Of a stretch of 64,000 nucleotides of DNA, positions 1 through 13,800 are shown piece by piece. Each line of letters opens with the position of its first letter. Position 1 is the first letter of the stretch. The notes under the pieces were generated by a model. That model was not told the origin of the DNA and did not search any database. It was given only the letters and a program-made list of their open reading frames with translations. Position numbers and translations under genes: made by a program. Where the stretch lies: the NCBI GenBank assembly GCA_030390025.1, contig CM059430.1, positions 75,702,001-75,766,000 on the forward strand, given 5' to 3'. The DNA comes from Squalus acanthias. Its lineage: Eukaryota.

Positions 1-230
1 AAGAGTGGACTACAAGAATGAACTATGATCACTTATTTATGAGTTAATTGGACTGATTCTGCCAGTAGGGCACCGGATGTGTCGGCATGTTATGCTGGCC
101 GGGAGGCTGTGGGCCCATAGTGACTGAATTCGCTTCCAATAATTTAATGGATGGACTTTCGACCCGCGATTCTCGTGGCAGCTTGCATCATTCTGTGCAG
201 GAAGCACCCAAACACGGTATCTGTCCTAGC

Positions 231-805
231 ATAGAATTATAGAATCATACAGCATAGACGAAGACCTTTCAGTCCATCGCGTCTGTGCTGGATCTTTGGA
301 AAAGCTATCCAATTGTTTTCACTCACCTGCTCTTACCCCATATCCCTGCAAAATTCTCCTTTTCGAATATATTCAATTACCTTTTTAAAGATAGTATTGA
401 ATCTGCTTCCACCACCATTTCAGGAAGTGCTTTCCAGATTATAACAAATCGCTGGATTTTTGATAATTATCTTAAATCTATGTCCTCTAGTTACTGACCA
501 CAATGTCAGTGGAAACAGTTTATTCTGATCTACTCTATCAAAATCCCACATGATTATCAACACCTCTATTACATCTCCCATTAACCTCTCTGCTATAAGG
601 AGATCAATCTGACTTTCTCTCATCTCTCCACACTACTGAAGTCCCTCATCCCTGGTACCATTCTGCTGAATCTCCTCTGCACCCTCTCCAAGGCCTTGAG
701 ATCCTCCCTAAAATTTGGTGCGCAAAATTGGCCACAATACTCCAGCTGAGGCCTAATCAGTGATTCATAAATTTTCAGCATAACTTCCTTCCTTCTGTAC
801 ACTAT
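231..805 (-). mobile_element. CR1-type LINE 3' fragment (paralog 54330-54903)
   Basis: LIRPQLEYC.QF..LERVQRRFSRMVPG; (ATAGAAT)n tail. Confidence 0.85.
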
Positions 806-1508
806 GACCGGAATGATCCCGTTGCTAAGCGTGAGGGTTTGGGGGCGGATCAGCAGTTAAACTCATGGAAATTGACAGCGCGTTGGCAACCCGCCGTCAT
901 CCCGTCGACTTCTGCATTTAACTCGGGTGCGTTTGGAGATGCGCCACAGACCCTCTCGGGAGAGGCGGGCGACCTCGTTCAAGTACTTAAATGCTTGATG
1001 AGAGACCCTTAAGTGGGTTTTTAACAGCAGCTTTTGGCTTTAACTTCAGGAGCATGGGTTTCATGCACCTCGGTAACCTCGCCTGTGAAGGGGAGCTGGA
1101 AGCTCAGTGGCCTTTGTGCGAGTCCATTAATTGAGAGCCTGGAAAAATACATTGCACCTGATTACTGAACAAATGGAAACGCTCTTCCTGGCTCCATTTT
1201 GTGCAGAGATTTATCTGTCAGCAGTTTGCAGCTCATTTCTGCAATCTCGGAATTCACTCCCACCACATTGCTAGTCGCTATGGTTGAGGGATTGGCCCTT
1301 TAATCAGCACTTTACCTGCCATCTATTACATCAGCATGTGTGCCACTTATGCTGTCTCACCTTGGACCTCAGAATCGGAACAAGATGAGCCCCAGCAACG
1401 ACAACACCAGCAGCAGCAGCAGCCACAACACCAGCCGTCTCCTCACCATCCTGATGCTGCAGAGGAGGCAGTCAGCACAGGGCTGCACCACGCCGGAAAC
1501 GATGCCCC
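806..1508 (+). mobile_element. PIF/Harbinger left end, internally deleted relative to the copy at 54904
   Basis: Homologous to 54904-55736, which leads into a HARBI1-like transposase. Confidence 0.7.
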
Positions 1509-1511
1509 ATC

Positions 1512-2380
1512 GAATCATAGAATCATAGAATGGTTACAGCACAGAAGGAGGACATTCGGCCCGTTGAGCCCGTACCGGCTCTCTGCAAGAGCACTTCAGC
1601 TAATCCCACTCCCCGCCGTTTCCCCGTAGCCCTGCATTTGATTTCCTTCAGGTATTTATCCAACTCCTTTTTGAAAGCCACGATTGAATATGCCTCCACC
1701 AGGCTTCCAGGCAGTGCATTCCAGATCATAATCACTCGCTGCGTAAAAAGATTTTCCTCATGTCCCCTTTGGTTCTTCTGCCAATGAACTTAAAACTGAG
1801 TTCTCTGGTTCTCGTCCCTTTCGCCAATGGGAACAGTTTTTCTCTACTACTCTGTCTCGACCCCTCATGATTTTGAATACCTCTATCAAATCTCCTCTCA
1901 ACCTTCTCTGCTCTAAGAAGAACAACCCCAGCTTACCCAGTCTATCCAAGTAACTGAAGTCCCTCATCCCAGGAACCATTCTTGTAAATCTTTTCTGCAC
2001 CCTCTCTAAGGCCTTCACATCCTTCCTAAAGTGAGGTGCCCAGAACTGAACACAATACTCCAGTTGAGGGCGCACCAGTGTTTCATCATCACTTCCTTGC
2101 TTTTGTACTCTTTGCCTCTATTTATAAAGCCCAGGATCTCGTATGTTTTTTAACCGCTTTCTCAAACTGCCCTGCCAACTTCAAGGATTTCTGCACATAT
2201 ACCCCCAGGACTCTCTGTTTCTGCAGCCCTTTTAGAATTGTACCCTTTAGTTTATATTGCCCCTCGTGGTTCTTCCTACCAAAATGTATCACTTCGCAAT
2301 TTTCTGCGTTAAATTTAATCTGCCACGTGACCGCCCATTTCAGCAGCCTCTTGAAGTCTATCACTATACTCTCACTATTG
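1512..2380 (-). mobile_element. CR1-type LINE 3' fragment (paralog 58310-60120)
   Basis: RPQLEYCVQFWAPHFRKDVKALERVQKRFTRMVPG; WQIKFNAENCEVIHFGRKN. Confidence 0.9.
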
Positions 2381-2740
2381 TTAAGGACTCTCTTCTCCTG
2401 CAAGGATGGAAAGAATAGAACTTTGAGTGAGAGTGATGGAATGAGTGTAAGGAATGAATGGGCTACATTTGTAGGGGGTAAATATGAGGGAGTGGCATTA
2501 CATTGCCAAAGGGTGAGTGTCAGGGTGCTTGGTCAGATAGGGATGTGAGTATTTACATAGAGACAGAGGGATGGGTGGACCTGCAAGGTAGTTTGGTGTT
2601 TGGAATGATGTGCAGGAGTAGCCTTGGGAAGCCAGAGTGATGGGGATATAGTGACAGGCACATCAGGATGAAGGTGAGTGTGGCATTGAACTCACCTTTC
2701 CTGAAATCATGAGATCATTGAATTTTTCCTGCAATGGATC
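2381..2740 (-). mobile_element. Harbinger Myb/SANT-like gene remnant
   Basis: Minus strand reads IHCRKKFNDLMISGK|GTGAGT; paralog at ~60120-60490 reads IQCRKKFNGL. Confidence 0.6.
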
Positions 2741-3726
2741 GCCGCGTATGCCAGAGGCATGCAGCGAACTTCCGGTTTTTTTTCAGGTTTCTCCGCGAGC
2801 GTAAATACGGAAAAGCTGCGTGGGAAAAAACGAGGCGCAAGGCTTGTTTTTAACAAGGTAATGATGAATTAATTACAATTTAAATATTTTTTCAACAGGT
2901 TTATCTTTTTTACATACTTTAAAGAAAGATAAGTTTATTTTTAGCACCGTTAAAAAGTGTAAATAATTTTTTCAAAAATTGAAATTTTTGTTTGAAGTAG
3001 TTAATTTATGTAATTTATAGTTATTTTAAAAATGTGATGTTGTTTTTTAATTTATTTGAAGTTTTAAGTGAGGTTTTGGGGCCGATCTCTATTCATAGAT
3101 TTGACAGGTCTTCCTGTGAAAATCTATGAATGGAGATTCCCTGCTCCCATTCGCTCTCCATGGCCCACGTGATCCCAGGGGACGCTTCAAACTAATTGCG
3201 CCCCTGGGATATGCAAGCACTGAGCGCCGGCAGCTGCAGGAGGCCCAGGAGCCGAAGTCCACGCGGGCCCGAAGCACAACGGCAGGCGCGTGAGGTAAGT
3301 ACGCGCATGATCATTGCACCCGCGGGAAGCCGTAGAGCCGAATATCTGACCCGATATGTTTTAACGGAGCTAAAAATAAACTTACTTTATTGGACAGGGT
3401 TTTTAATGTATAAATGAGTGATAACATTTTATTTGTATTTTTTTTTAAACTCTGATGCTGGCAAAAGCAGACCTGATGCCTGCTTTTACCAAGCGTAAGA
3501 ATTTCACGGGCATACAGCAGGTGTAAGTTGGGCAAATATAGCAACTCTCCACCTGCGGCGGCCCATCTCCCAGGGACGCAAGGATCTGCCAAGAAGATTC
3601 TTGACAGATCGCAAGTTCCGGGTTTTTGGGCAAGCGCTTCGCATACCTAAACCCGGAACTTGTGTGGCCCCTATAGGCACGTGCACACCAGGTACGCACC
3701 TGTAGGGGGTTGCAAAATAGAGCCCA
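2741..3726. mobile_element. Two adjacent Harbinger-type MITE pieces (paralog ~60490-61480)
   Basis: GC-rich ends and AT-rich core shared with 20486-21218 and 4491-5157; TIR-like AATATCTGACCC and AAATAGAGCCC. Confidence 0.65.
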
Positions 3727-5350
3727 TTTTCTTCTTTAGTGAAGATGGATGTAAAGTAGTAATTTTGTAACTCCTCGCTATACTATATTTCCAAGTTTCG
3801 TGTCATCTGCAAACTTTGAAATTATGCGCTGTATATCCAAGTCCAGATCATTACTATATATCAAAAAGGGTAGTGGTCCGAATACCACCCCTGAGGAAAA
3901 CCACTGTATACTTCCGTCCTGTCTTAAAAACAACCTGTAACCTGCATTCTCTGCTTTCTGTCTCTTATCATTTCACATCCATACTGCGACTGTCCCTTTA
4001 ATCCCTTGAGCTTCAGTTTTGCTAACAGCTCTATTATGTAGCACTTTATCAAACGCCCTTCGAAAGGCCATATGCACAATATCAACCGTACAACCTTCAT
4101 GAACCCTCTCTGACATTTCAGCAAAGAAAGCAATCAAGTTTGTGGGACACGATTTTCCTTCAACAAATCATGGTAGCTGCCATTTATTCATCCAATTTTT
4201 TCCAGGTGACATTTTTGCTTGGATTATTGTCTCTCAAAGTTTTGCCCTCCCTGACATTAGGCTGATTACCATTTAATTACCGGTTTATTCCTCCCTCCCT
4301 TTTTGAACAGGGGGGTAACTTTGGCAATCCCTTAGCCCTCGAGCACCAATCCCATATCCAAGCAGGATTGAAATATTGTGGATATAGCCTGCAGTATTTC
4401 CATCCTTACTTGCGTCAGTAACCTGGCATGCATCCCATCCTGACGTTTTGACTTTTCCACTTTGAGCTCCTCCAGCATTTTCAATACCTCGGGCCGTATA
4501 TTTCGATCCCTACCGGTGTGTACGGGTGTGCAGGCATGCACAGCGCAAGCGCTGAAAACCGACATTTCCGATCTGTCAAGAATGCTGTTGACAGATCGGA
4601 CGCCTGCCCTAGATAAGGGCATCCATGGGCAGAGCGTTCCGCTTTCTCGAGACCCTCCGCCCACAGAAAACCCTTATAATTCTTTACCAGGCGTAAGGCC
4701 TGCTTTTATTAGGATAAGAGTTGAAAAAGTAAAAAAAAAATTCACTCATTTATCATTTAAAAATACTTTAAAAAAGTAAGTTTATTTTTAGCCCAGTCAA
4801 AAACTTTAATTATTTTTTTCAAAAAATCATGTTTTTGTTTAAAATATTTAATTTATTGTAATTCAACTAATTTTAAAAAGTGATTTTTTTAATTATTTAA
4901 AGTTTAACTGTGTTTTTGAGGTGATCTCCATTCATATATTTGACAAGTCTATCTGTCAAGAGTCCCTTCTCCTATTGGCTCCCCATGGCCCACGTGATCC
5001 CATACGCCTCTGGACACGTGGGCCCTGCGCACTTGGAATTTGGAGAGGCAAAGGATCTGAAGTATATCTCCCTCGAGAGCCCTCAGGTAAGTTCGTAGAT
5101 TTTTCCAGATCGGAGGCCTTCCGCACGCAGCAGGCCTCCGATCGGAAAATAGGACCCCTCCTCTTTATCAATTTTTACCCTATTCATTGTCTCCACTGCC
5201 TCCTCATTTACTCTGACATTGGCAGGCATCCTCTTGCTTTGTGAAGACAGATGCAAAGTATTCATTTAGTACCTCAGCCATGTACTCTGCTTCCACAAGA
5301 TGATTTATTTTTTGTTCCCTAATCGGCGCTACTGATTATTTTACTATCCT
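3727..5350 (-). mobile_element. Old CR1-type ORF2 fragment interrupted by a MITE (paralog ~61480-63125)
   Basis: Degenerate RT motifs (RKQRxxVTG, FADDT; KSPxxDGMHxRLL in the paralog). Confidence 0.75.
4491..5157. mobile_element. Harbinger-type MITE with 3-bp TSD CTC (paralog 62245-62928)
   Basis: TIR GGGCCGTATATT / AAAATAGGACCC; CTC on both flanks. Confidence 0.8.
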
Positions 5351-6794
5351 GGTAGATAAATCTGAAAGTGCTCCCGAATTTGTTACACATGGCGCTAAGA
5401 CATTGGCCCGGATTTTCCGGCGCCTGTGACGGCGTATGCACAGATTACACGAGCATAAGTGCCCCGCAAGTTCCGGGTTTCCACTAAATTAGTAAGGTTA
5501 CTATTGGCCCCTTGAAAAATGTTCAAATTTATTTTTCAAAAAGTTAGAATTTTGTTTTAAATGTTTAATTAAATTGTATTCTAATTAATTTTTACCATGC
5601 GATGATTAATTTTTATTTCAGTCTTGTGAAAATGTATTTTTAGACGATTCCTATTATGCTTTTGGGGATTCCATACATAATTGGAATCTCAATATGCATA
5701 ATGGGATGCTTGCGAACTGCCTGCTCCCAAGAAAGTAACTAAAGTAAGAACTATTTTTCGAAGAGTGGCTACAGAACCAACAACAGTTGGATTGAAAATG
5801 TGTCTGAGTGATATAATGGGAGAGCTGGGGTACAAAGATGTCATCCAATCCGATTCATCTTGTATGCTCCACCTCTCTTTTGAACTAATGATGCGTCCTT
5901 GACTTTCACCGAAGAATTTCAATTAAAAAAGCATAATTGTGAAGACAGATGATAAAGTGAGGCACTCATTATACTGGTAAATGATGATCGTTGTACATTA
6001 TCTGTAGGAGCTCGAGGACCTCAATTGAACATTTCGGTTGTGAGATCAGCAAGCTCCTCGTATCCCCTCGCGACTATCACTTCTGAAAGATGTACAGATA
6101 TTTATGAACGTAAAATGCTCAGTTCTTTGTGCACAAGTTTCAGGTGGTCACGGCTCGATAATACATTCGGTTGTATGAACAGGAAAAACTAGTTAGCATC
6201 AGACATCGTACGAACCCTGAGGAAAACTGGCGAAGCCTGCAACATAACCAGCGTGCTGCAGATAGCGCCAATAGAAATGTCTTCCCTTTAAGTGTAATCA
6301 TGATATACTCAAATAAATAGAAATAGTGTCCTTTTGGCTACAGCAGTATAAGGGTTAACGAGTGGGGGTTTGCTGCTCACGTACACAGCGTGATACGAAT
6401 TTTACCAAAACTGTGATGCGGTTTCTGTTGCACTGAAAACTGTTGCCCTACATTTGTCCCTAATATTGTTGTTTAGGAGTGTAAGGGAGGAAGCGGTTCT
6501 TACCACATCTATGGGCATCAGTACTTCAAGCACGAGGTTTATTGTAGCATAATGGAAATGCGTTATCTGGTTAACAACTAACTATTGCACAAGTTTCGAT
6601 TTAGATTTCACAACTAAGTCACACATCGGGAGGAAGCTAATTCTGCCCATCATCAAATGTGTCTATATTAATAGCTGCTACGCCTCACGTTAACCATCGA
6701 GTGAGGCAATGGTAGAGTTGGGTTCGGAGGTAGGAGATGGAATACTGAGCAGGCCTGTTGTGTTCTTTTTCACTGCAGAGTTTCTCTAAATTTC

Positions 6795-8390
6795 ACATAA
6801 TAACATAAGAAATAGGAGCTGGAGTAGGCCATTTGACTCTTCGAGCCTACAACACCATTCAACAAGATCATGGCTGATCTTCTACCTCAACTCCACCTTC
6901 CCGCACTATCCCCATATCCCTTAACTCCCTTAGTTCCCAAAAAATTATCGATCTCTGTCTTGAATATACTCAACGACTGAGCATCCACAGCTCTCTGCGG
7001 TAGAGAATTCCAAAGATTCACAACCTTTTGAGTGATGACATTTCTCCTCACCTCAGTCCTAAATGGCCGACCCTTTATTCTGAGACTGTGACCCCCTGTT
7101 CTAGATTTCCCAGCCAGGGGAAACATTTTCCCAGCATTAACCCTGTGAAGCCCCTTAAGAATTTTATATGCTTCAATTAGATCGCTCTCATTCTTCTAAG
7201 GAATATAGGCCCAGTCTACTCAATCTCTCCTCATAGGGCAATCCCCTCATCCCAGGAAGCAGTCTAGTGAACCTTCGTTGCACTCATTCTAAGGCAAGTA
7301 TGTATTTCCTTAGTTAAGGAGACCAGAACTGTACACAATACTCCAGGTGTGGCCTCACCAATACCCTATATAATTGTACTAAGACTTATTTACTCTTATA
7401 CACTAATCCTTTTGCAACAAATGCTAACATGTTAACTTTCTGTAATTCATGCACAAGGACACCCAGGTCGCTCTGAGTGCAAATGTTTCCCAATCTCTCA
7501 CCATTCAAAAAATATTCTGCTTTTTTGTTTTTCCCACAAAAGTGGATAACATCACACTTCCCCACAGTGTATTCCATTTGCCATGTTCTTGCCTACTCAG
7601 TCAACCTCTCTATATCTCTCTGCAGCCTCTTTGCATCCTCCTCACAGCTTACTTTCCCACCTACATGTGTATCATCAGCAAATTGGATAGGTTACACTCA
7701 GTCCCTTCATTTACGTCATTAATATAAATTTTAAACAGCTGAGGCCCAAGCACTGATCCTGGTGGTACCCTGTTAATTGAGCCTGACAACCTGAAAAAGT
7801 TCTGTTTATTCCTATTCTCTGTTTTCTGTCCATTAACCAATCCTCAATCCATGCTAATATATTACCCCCAATACCATGAGTCCTAATTTTGTTTAAAAAC
7901 TCTTGTGTGCCACCTTCTCGAAAGTTTTTTGAAAATCAAATACACTACATACATTGGTTCCCCTTATCCATCCTACTAGTTACATCTTAAAAATACTCTT
8001 AACAGATTTGTCAAACACGATTTCCTTTTCATAAAACCATGTTGACTCTGCCTAATCCTATTATGATTTTCTAAGTGCCCTGTTACAACGTCCCTAATAA
8101 TGGATTCCAGCATTTTGCCTACTACTGATGTCAGGCTAACTGGTCTCTAGTTCCCCTTTTTTTGTCTTCCTCCCTTCTTCAATAGCGGGGTTATATTTGC
8201 TCCCTTCCAATCCTTGGGGACTGTTCTAATAGGGAATTCCGGAAGATGAATACCAGTGCATCCACCATCTCTGCAGCTACCTCTTTTAACTCCCTAGGAT
8301 GCAGGTCGTCAGGTCCAGGTGATTTGTCGCCACTTAGTCCCATTAATTTATCCAGTGCTATGTCTTTTGTTATACTGATAGAAGCCCTGT
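6795..8390 (-). mobile_element. CR1-type LINE, 5'-truncated
   Basis: DKSPGPDDLHPR, MFPLAGKSRTGGHSLRIKG; ACATAAGAA tail. Confidence 0.9.
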
Positions 8391-8871
8391 ACATTTCAAT
8401 AAACTGTCTGTTATCGTCAAACCATAGGAGTCGTTCCTTACATGCATCTTGTGTCCTTTTTTCTGTTCACTTTCACAGTAATATGGGACTCTGAACTCTG
8501 GATGAGCGATTCCATGAGGAAGGATTTGTGACGCTGCCCCTCTGCCGTAAACACGTGGCCATGGAATCGGCAAGACAGGTGTCAGGGATTGGAAGGCAGA
8601 CTCAAATAATCCGCCGGAGTTTTCCACATTTTGCGTCGTATCTTCGACAGGCGTTCCAGTGAATGCGACGGGAAACGGCCCGGGGTTAATTTTAATCTGA
8701 TCTTCCCTGGGGAGATCTGAAAGTAATTTATCGGGGGCTCATAACATTGCAGTCAATGGAAACGCTACTCAGGTAGACTGGATAAGGGCGGCCAATCCAC
8801 GCCTGCCCGCTTTGGACTATCACCAAAGTTGAATTTTACCGCCATAACTTTTCTGCACTTTTTCCGCCAAT

Positions 8872-9490
8872 CTTCATAGAATCATCGAAACTTCCAGTAC
8901 AGAAGCGGAGCATTCGCCCGATCGTCTCTGTGCCGGCACTGTGAAAGCATTACAAGTTTGTCCCACTCTCCCCGCGGTTCCCCAGAGCCCTGCAACTTCT
9001 TTTTTTACGAGTATTTATCCAATTCGCTTTTGAAAGTTACTATATAATCTGCTTCCCCCACCTTTCAGGCATTGCATTCCAGGTCACAAGAACACGCTGT
9101 GTAAAAATAATCTCCTCATCACTCCTCTGGTTCCTTTGCCAAGTAACTTAACTCTGTGTCCTCTGGTTTGTGACCCTCCGGCCAATGAAAAGGAGTTCTC
9201 CTCATTTACTCTATCAAAACTTCTCATAATTTGTAACCTTTTAAAGGTTCATCATAACTTCTTTGCTTTTGTAACCTAAGCGTTTATTTATAATGCCCAG
9301 GAACGCGTGTGCATTTTAAACAGTCTGATCACTTTATCCTGCCACCTCCAAAGATTTCTGGATGTAAATCCGCAGGTCGCTCTATTCCTGCACCCCCTTT
9401 AAAATTGTACCATTTCGTTTATATTGCCTCTTCTCATTCTTCCTTCCAAAACGCATCATTTCACACTTCCCTGCATTCAATGTCATCTGC
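8872..9490 (-). mobile_element. Degraded CR1-type 3' fragment
   Basis: CATAGAATCAT tail; 3' end similar to 1512-2380. Confidence 0.7.
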
Positions 9491-10634
9491 TATGTGTCGA
9501 TCACTGCTGCCCTGACTTGAGCCAGCAACATCTCCACGGAGCACCAGAGAATCTGGGCGCTCTTCTTGGGACCGAGTCTCCTCCCCAAGCGCTGTTGCTT
9601 CCTCTGATATCTTGCACTCTCTGCTTCACAAAATTTAAAGCTGGAATCTCCTCCACGCGCCAATCTGAAACTGGGTGGGATAAGCACCGGAGAATGAAGG
9701 AACATTATGGCGCTGAGGAGAATCGCTTCTTGTCCTCCCGCCAGATGAAAATCGTGGTGGGGGGAGGGGGTCACTCAGGACTCAGCTCCCTTACACATTT
9801 CCCTGGCATTCTGCATTGCTCCCCAGAGCCACCATGCGCAATGTGCTGTTAACACAAGGCATGTGGCGACAACATCCTTCAGGACCCCAATGGAGGGAAA
9901 GAGGGAGAGGACCTTGTAGCGGCCTTTATTCCCTCCAATCTGATCCCATTATCCTCTAACGTAGGCTTCTTTCTCTGCTGTGGCTGCTGTCCAGCTGGTC
10001 TTTCCGGCCTCGGGGTTCTCATCATCCCCCTTAAATGCCCGACCATCTCTCCAGGTGCTGCAGTGGAGATCCACTGCTATTTAGCCTCTGGGCACAAGCG
10101 AGTTGTCTCTTCCTGGCGGAAATACCGCCGGGAACCGCAGTGCCTCTCAGATGACGTTCGACTAGATAAACATGGATCAGGATCTGGGTGGATTCGGAAG
10201 GACGGGTGGAAGTCCCGCCTTGAACGAATTCCCAAGCAAAGAGAAGAATCCACCCACTGATGTTCTCGTTACCCGGCTGCAGCCTTTAGGGATCTGCGCT
10301 AGCTCCGTTTTACCGCATTAGTAATGCAAACCGATGGAAGGAATACTGGTGGGTTAGGAACGCAGTAACTTGGACCAGATTTATCTCAAAATATCAGCTT
10401 TCTCAACGCTTTCCCACCTTCACATTGACCAAGCGACCATCCCCACAACTTCCTTTATATCTCTTCCTCCAGTTCTACTATGTCAATAAGTTTCTTCAAC
10501 GTGTTGTGATCCTGTCACTTTGATGGTATGTTATTGAGATAAAGCACATAAAGGCCGATCAGTGGGGCTTTGCTTTAACATCGGATTACAGATCCTGTTG
10601 AATTGAGATTCACATTTCGTCTATTAAAATAGTT

Positions 10635-10690
10635 TAACGGAAACAGTTTTTGACACGTGATACGACACCTGACCACATCATAAATCAAAT
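10635..10690 (+). promoter_or_regulatory. Candidate proximal promoter of gene A
   Basis: CGGAAA (ETS), CACGTG and CACCTG E-boxes, TGACCACA (RUNX) and CATAAAT, 80-130 nt upstream of the ATG. Confidence 0.35.
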
Positions 10691-10763
10691 CGGATTATCT
10701 ACAAACTAATATTTCCAAACCATCAGAGCCGCGGTTCATCGGCAGAACAATAGCCATTATACA

Positions 10764-10809
10764 ATGTTTGTGTGTCAGTACATATGGGTCTTGGGGATTA
10801 TTTACGAAG
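10764..10809 (+). CDS. Gene A leader exon (MFVCQYIWVLGIIYE)
   Basis: ACAATG start, hydrophobic peptide, 46 nt, phase-1 donor GAAG|GTATTT, 205-nt pyrimidine-rich intron before the V exon. Confidence 0.75.
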
Positions 10810-13800
10810 GTATTTTCAGTAATAATCAATCCTGCTTTCTTTTTCCTTTTGTTTAATTCAATCAATCTTCCAATCTTTCTTTTTTTCTTCCGTGCTTTCT
10901 TTCTGTCTATTTATTAATCTAACTATGTCTATCTATCTATTTAGTTATCTGTCCATGCGGGCCTATGTATATTTTGTTTCTATATTATTACTAACTTTTA
11001 AAAATATTTTACAGTTGCTCCCGCTGCAGTTTCCCAAACCCCTGAAAGCACCAGTGTGATGGCAGGTGCAGACATTACGTTCCATTGCAAGACCAGCTCT
11101 GTCCAGAATAATTCAGATGTGAATGTTTATTGGTGGAGACTTGGCGACAATCACTTTCTACAACCAGGCTCTGACGGCAGAAAGCGATTCGTTCCTTTAA
11201 AAAGCGGAGAGGCTTCATTCCAGATCCTGAGTGTCCAGTTCCCAGACTCCGGATCCTATTACTGTGGAGTGAGATACACAGGAAACCCGATGATAAAAGG
11301 AGCCGGATCGAAGCTTGATGTGCACGGTAAGTGACCTTGGGGAAAGTTGCGGCCGCTGCTATACCAAAATAACAAAACCAGGCGGAGCGGCCATGTTATG
11401 AGGTTTCTTTTAGTGGACCTTTTGCACATTTATGTTTGGATATTTACAGTGCAGATGTAATTGAAGTGCTTTAAGTATATTGAGTTATGTAGATGGTATC
11501 ATAAATTGTTTTGATTATTTAACGAAATTATCCATGACGTTAGTTTATGTCCGATGATTAGGGAACATTATTTAAAATCAGATCTGAGGTCGTATCGCGG
11601 TTATCACCCAGTATGATGTTTTATTTTCCATTCATATATGTAAGATAAGTATCCAGGACACTTTACAGAAGAGGGGTCTGAGGCCAAGAGCGCGGGTTGT
11701 GGTAGCAAACACGAGATGGGTGACTGGCCACAAGGACAGAAAACAAATGAGTTTCTACAAATACTGGTACGGCCACATCTTAATTACTGTGCACAACTAT
11801 ATCACTAAACTACAGTGAGGATACACAAGCATTGGACGCAGTGTAGAAAATGAAAACTAGCTTGAAAAACCGGAGTGGAGCCTGGGCCTGTTTACATTGG
11901 AGCGCACAAGGCGCATTGGAGATTGTATTCTAGTACTCGAGATTATTAAGATAATAGATAGCTGGAGTTTGCCCCGAAGACGGCAAACAAAGGATAGTGG
12001 CTGAAACTTCATAGAGTGAGCGGCCAGAGAGTTGAGATTGAACTACTTTTCGCAGAAAATTGTGAATATGTGAAACCGACTGTCCAGTGGACGCAGATTA
12101 CATGAAAGATGCTGAGGGGAACATTGAATCGATATTTGGCGGAGTGAACGGATGTGATGTTTTAGATTTGGGGAATGGGCAGCTGGACTGCAGAGTATTT
12201 TCCGATCCAGCATTTCAGATGAAATTATTACTGTGTATTCTAAAACGTTTGTGATAATGCCGGCGACTGTCTCTAACTTCATAGAATCATAGAATTTTAA
12301 GCACAGAAACAAACCAATCAGCCCATCGTGCCTGTGCCGGCTCTGTGAAAGAGCTCTCCAATTAGTTCCACTGCCCTGCTATTCCCATATAACCCTGCAA
12401 AGTTTTTCTTTTCAAGTAAATATTCCATTCCCTTTTGAAAGTTACGATTGAATCTGCTTCCACCGCCCTGTCAGACAGCGCATTCCAGATCACAACAAGA
12501 AATGCGAAAATTATGATTGCAAACACAGCAGAAAATAATAAATTTGATTCTCTTGTGCGAGTAGATTCTACAGCAAATGTTGCAGAAATTGAACTGGCTG
12601 AAAATTAAACAAATAAAAGAGAAGGTGGATCAAATCCTGAAACATGGGGAAATTATTATATTAATTATTTAAAAAAAAACTCTTCTCCCTTAATATTTTG
12701 GCCAATAATCTTAAATCTGCGCCTCCTGCTTGCCGACCCTGCTGCCACGAGAAACAGTCTCTCCCTCCCTAGCCTATCAAAACCCCTCATAATTTTGGAC
12801 AACTCAATTAGATTTACTGTTTAACCTTCTCTACTGTACGGACAACAATCCCAGCTTCTCCAGTCTCCCACAACACTAAAGTTCCTTATTCCTGGTATCA
12901 TTCTGGTAAATCTCTGCTACACCCTCTCAAAGGCCTGGACATCCTCCTCAAAGTGTGGCGTCCAGAATTGCACACAATGGGCCAAAATTTGCAGTGATAT
13001 GCCTCCGATCTGCAAAAATCCACGAATTTACCTGGTGGTCTGGAGAATTGCGCCCCTGGGCCTCTCCGGGTAGCTGCGGGCAGAGGCCCATGTATCCCAG
13101 GGGCGCACGTGGTTCGCAAGTGTACGCACCCGCAGGGGCCGCAAATACGGCCATTATTACTGTCAAGCGTGCCCCCATTCGTACTTGTTAAAGTTACAAT
13201 TTAAATCGAGAGTTGTGATCTGTCCTCAGTCCAGGAGAAGCGCTTGAGATTCCTTGGAGAAGGCTGGCTCATAGTTGGGTTCGACACGCATGCAGTATAA
13301 CTCCGGGATAGTACCAAATCTAGTTTTCATAAATGATCAAAGGGTCCCGAGGACCACATTGTATATTTACATGGAGTTTATTCAGGTGCTCATAGATTGT
13401 AGATCCTCCGTCTCTTTTCTCCATGTATATACAGAGCTCTACCTCGGAGAGGGGCATTGTCACTTTCATCTCCCAGTATTCAGGGACATTATTGTTACAG
13501 TTACAACTCAGTATGTACTCAATTTATCGAGTTAAAACCGATAGGAACCCGAGGAATTTAACATGCAGGTCAGTTTATATAATCACTGGTTAGGCCTCAG
13601 CTGGAGTATTGTGTTCCAAATTTACAAAACTGAATGCGAGTTGTTTGAAATAAGTTTTGCCTATTTATTTAAACCTGCCTAATAACAAAACTGAGCAAAA
13701 AGCTGCTGAGCTGAAATATAAATATAATTATTTGCGTGGACTAAGCACAAGCGGCGACACCCTGGATGTCTAGTCGCACTGAATTGTTTCTCCTGTTCCT

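Larger units (their letters stand above)
4..5970 (+). repeat. Segmental duplication, copy 1 (paralog of 54103-64000)
   Basis: Colinear, ~90% identical by eye, including shared TE junctions and unique sequence. Confidence 0.95.

Noticed and set aside
1336-1629. PolyQ ORF (also 55538-55765, with an extra 24-bp unit)
   Set aside because: CAG-rich 5' region of a decayed Harbinger transposase, not a host gene
6009-6193. ~60-codon open frame after a TAG acceptor in unique sequence
   Set aside because: No recognisable domain and a weak pyrimidine tract; cannot be supported as an exon
11260-11266. TACTGTG cryptic heptamer at the YYC of V(A), and CACTGTC at 38199-38205 in V(B), as RSS
   Set aside because: Imposed by Tyr-Cys codons; no nonamer seen at 12/23 spacing; V and J are already contiguous
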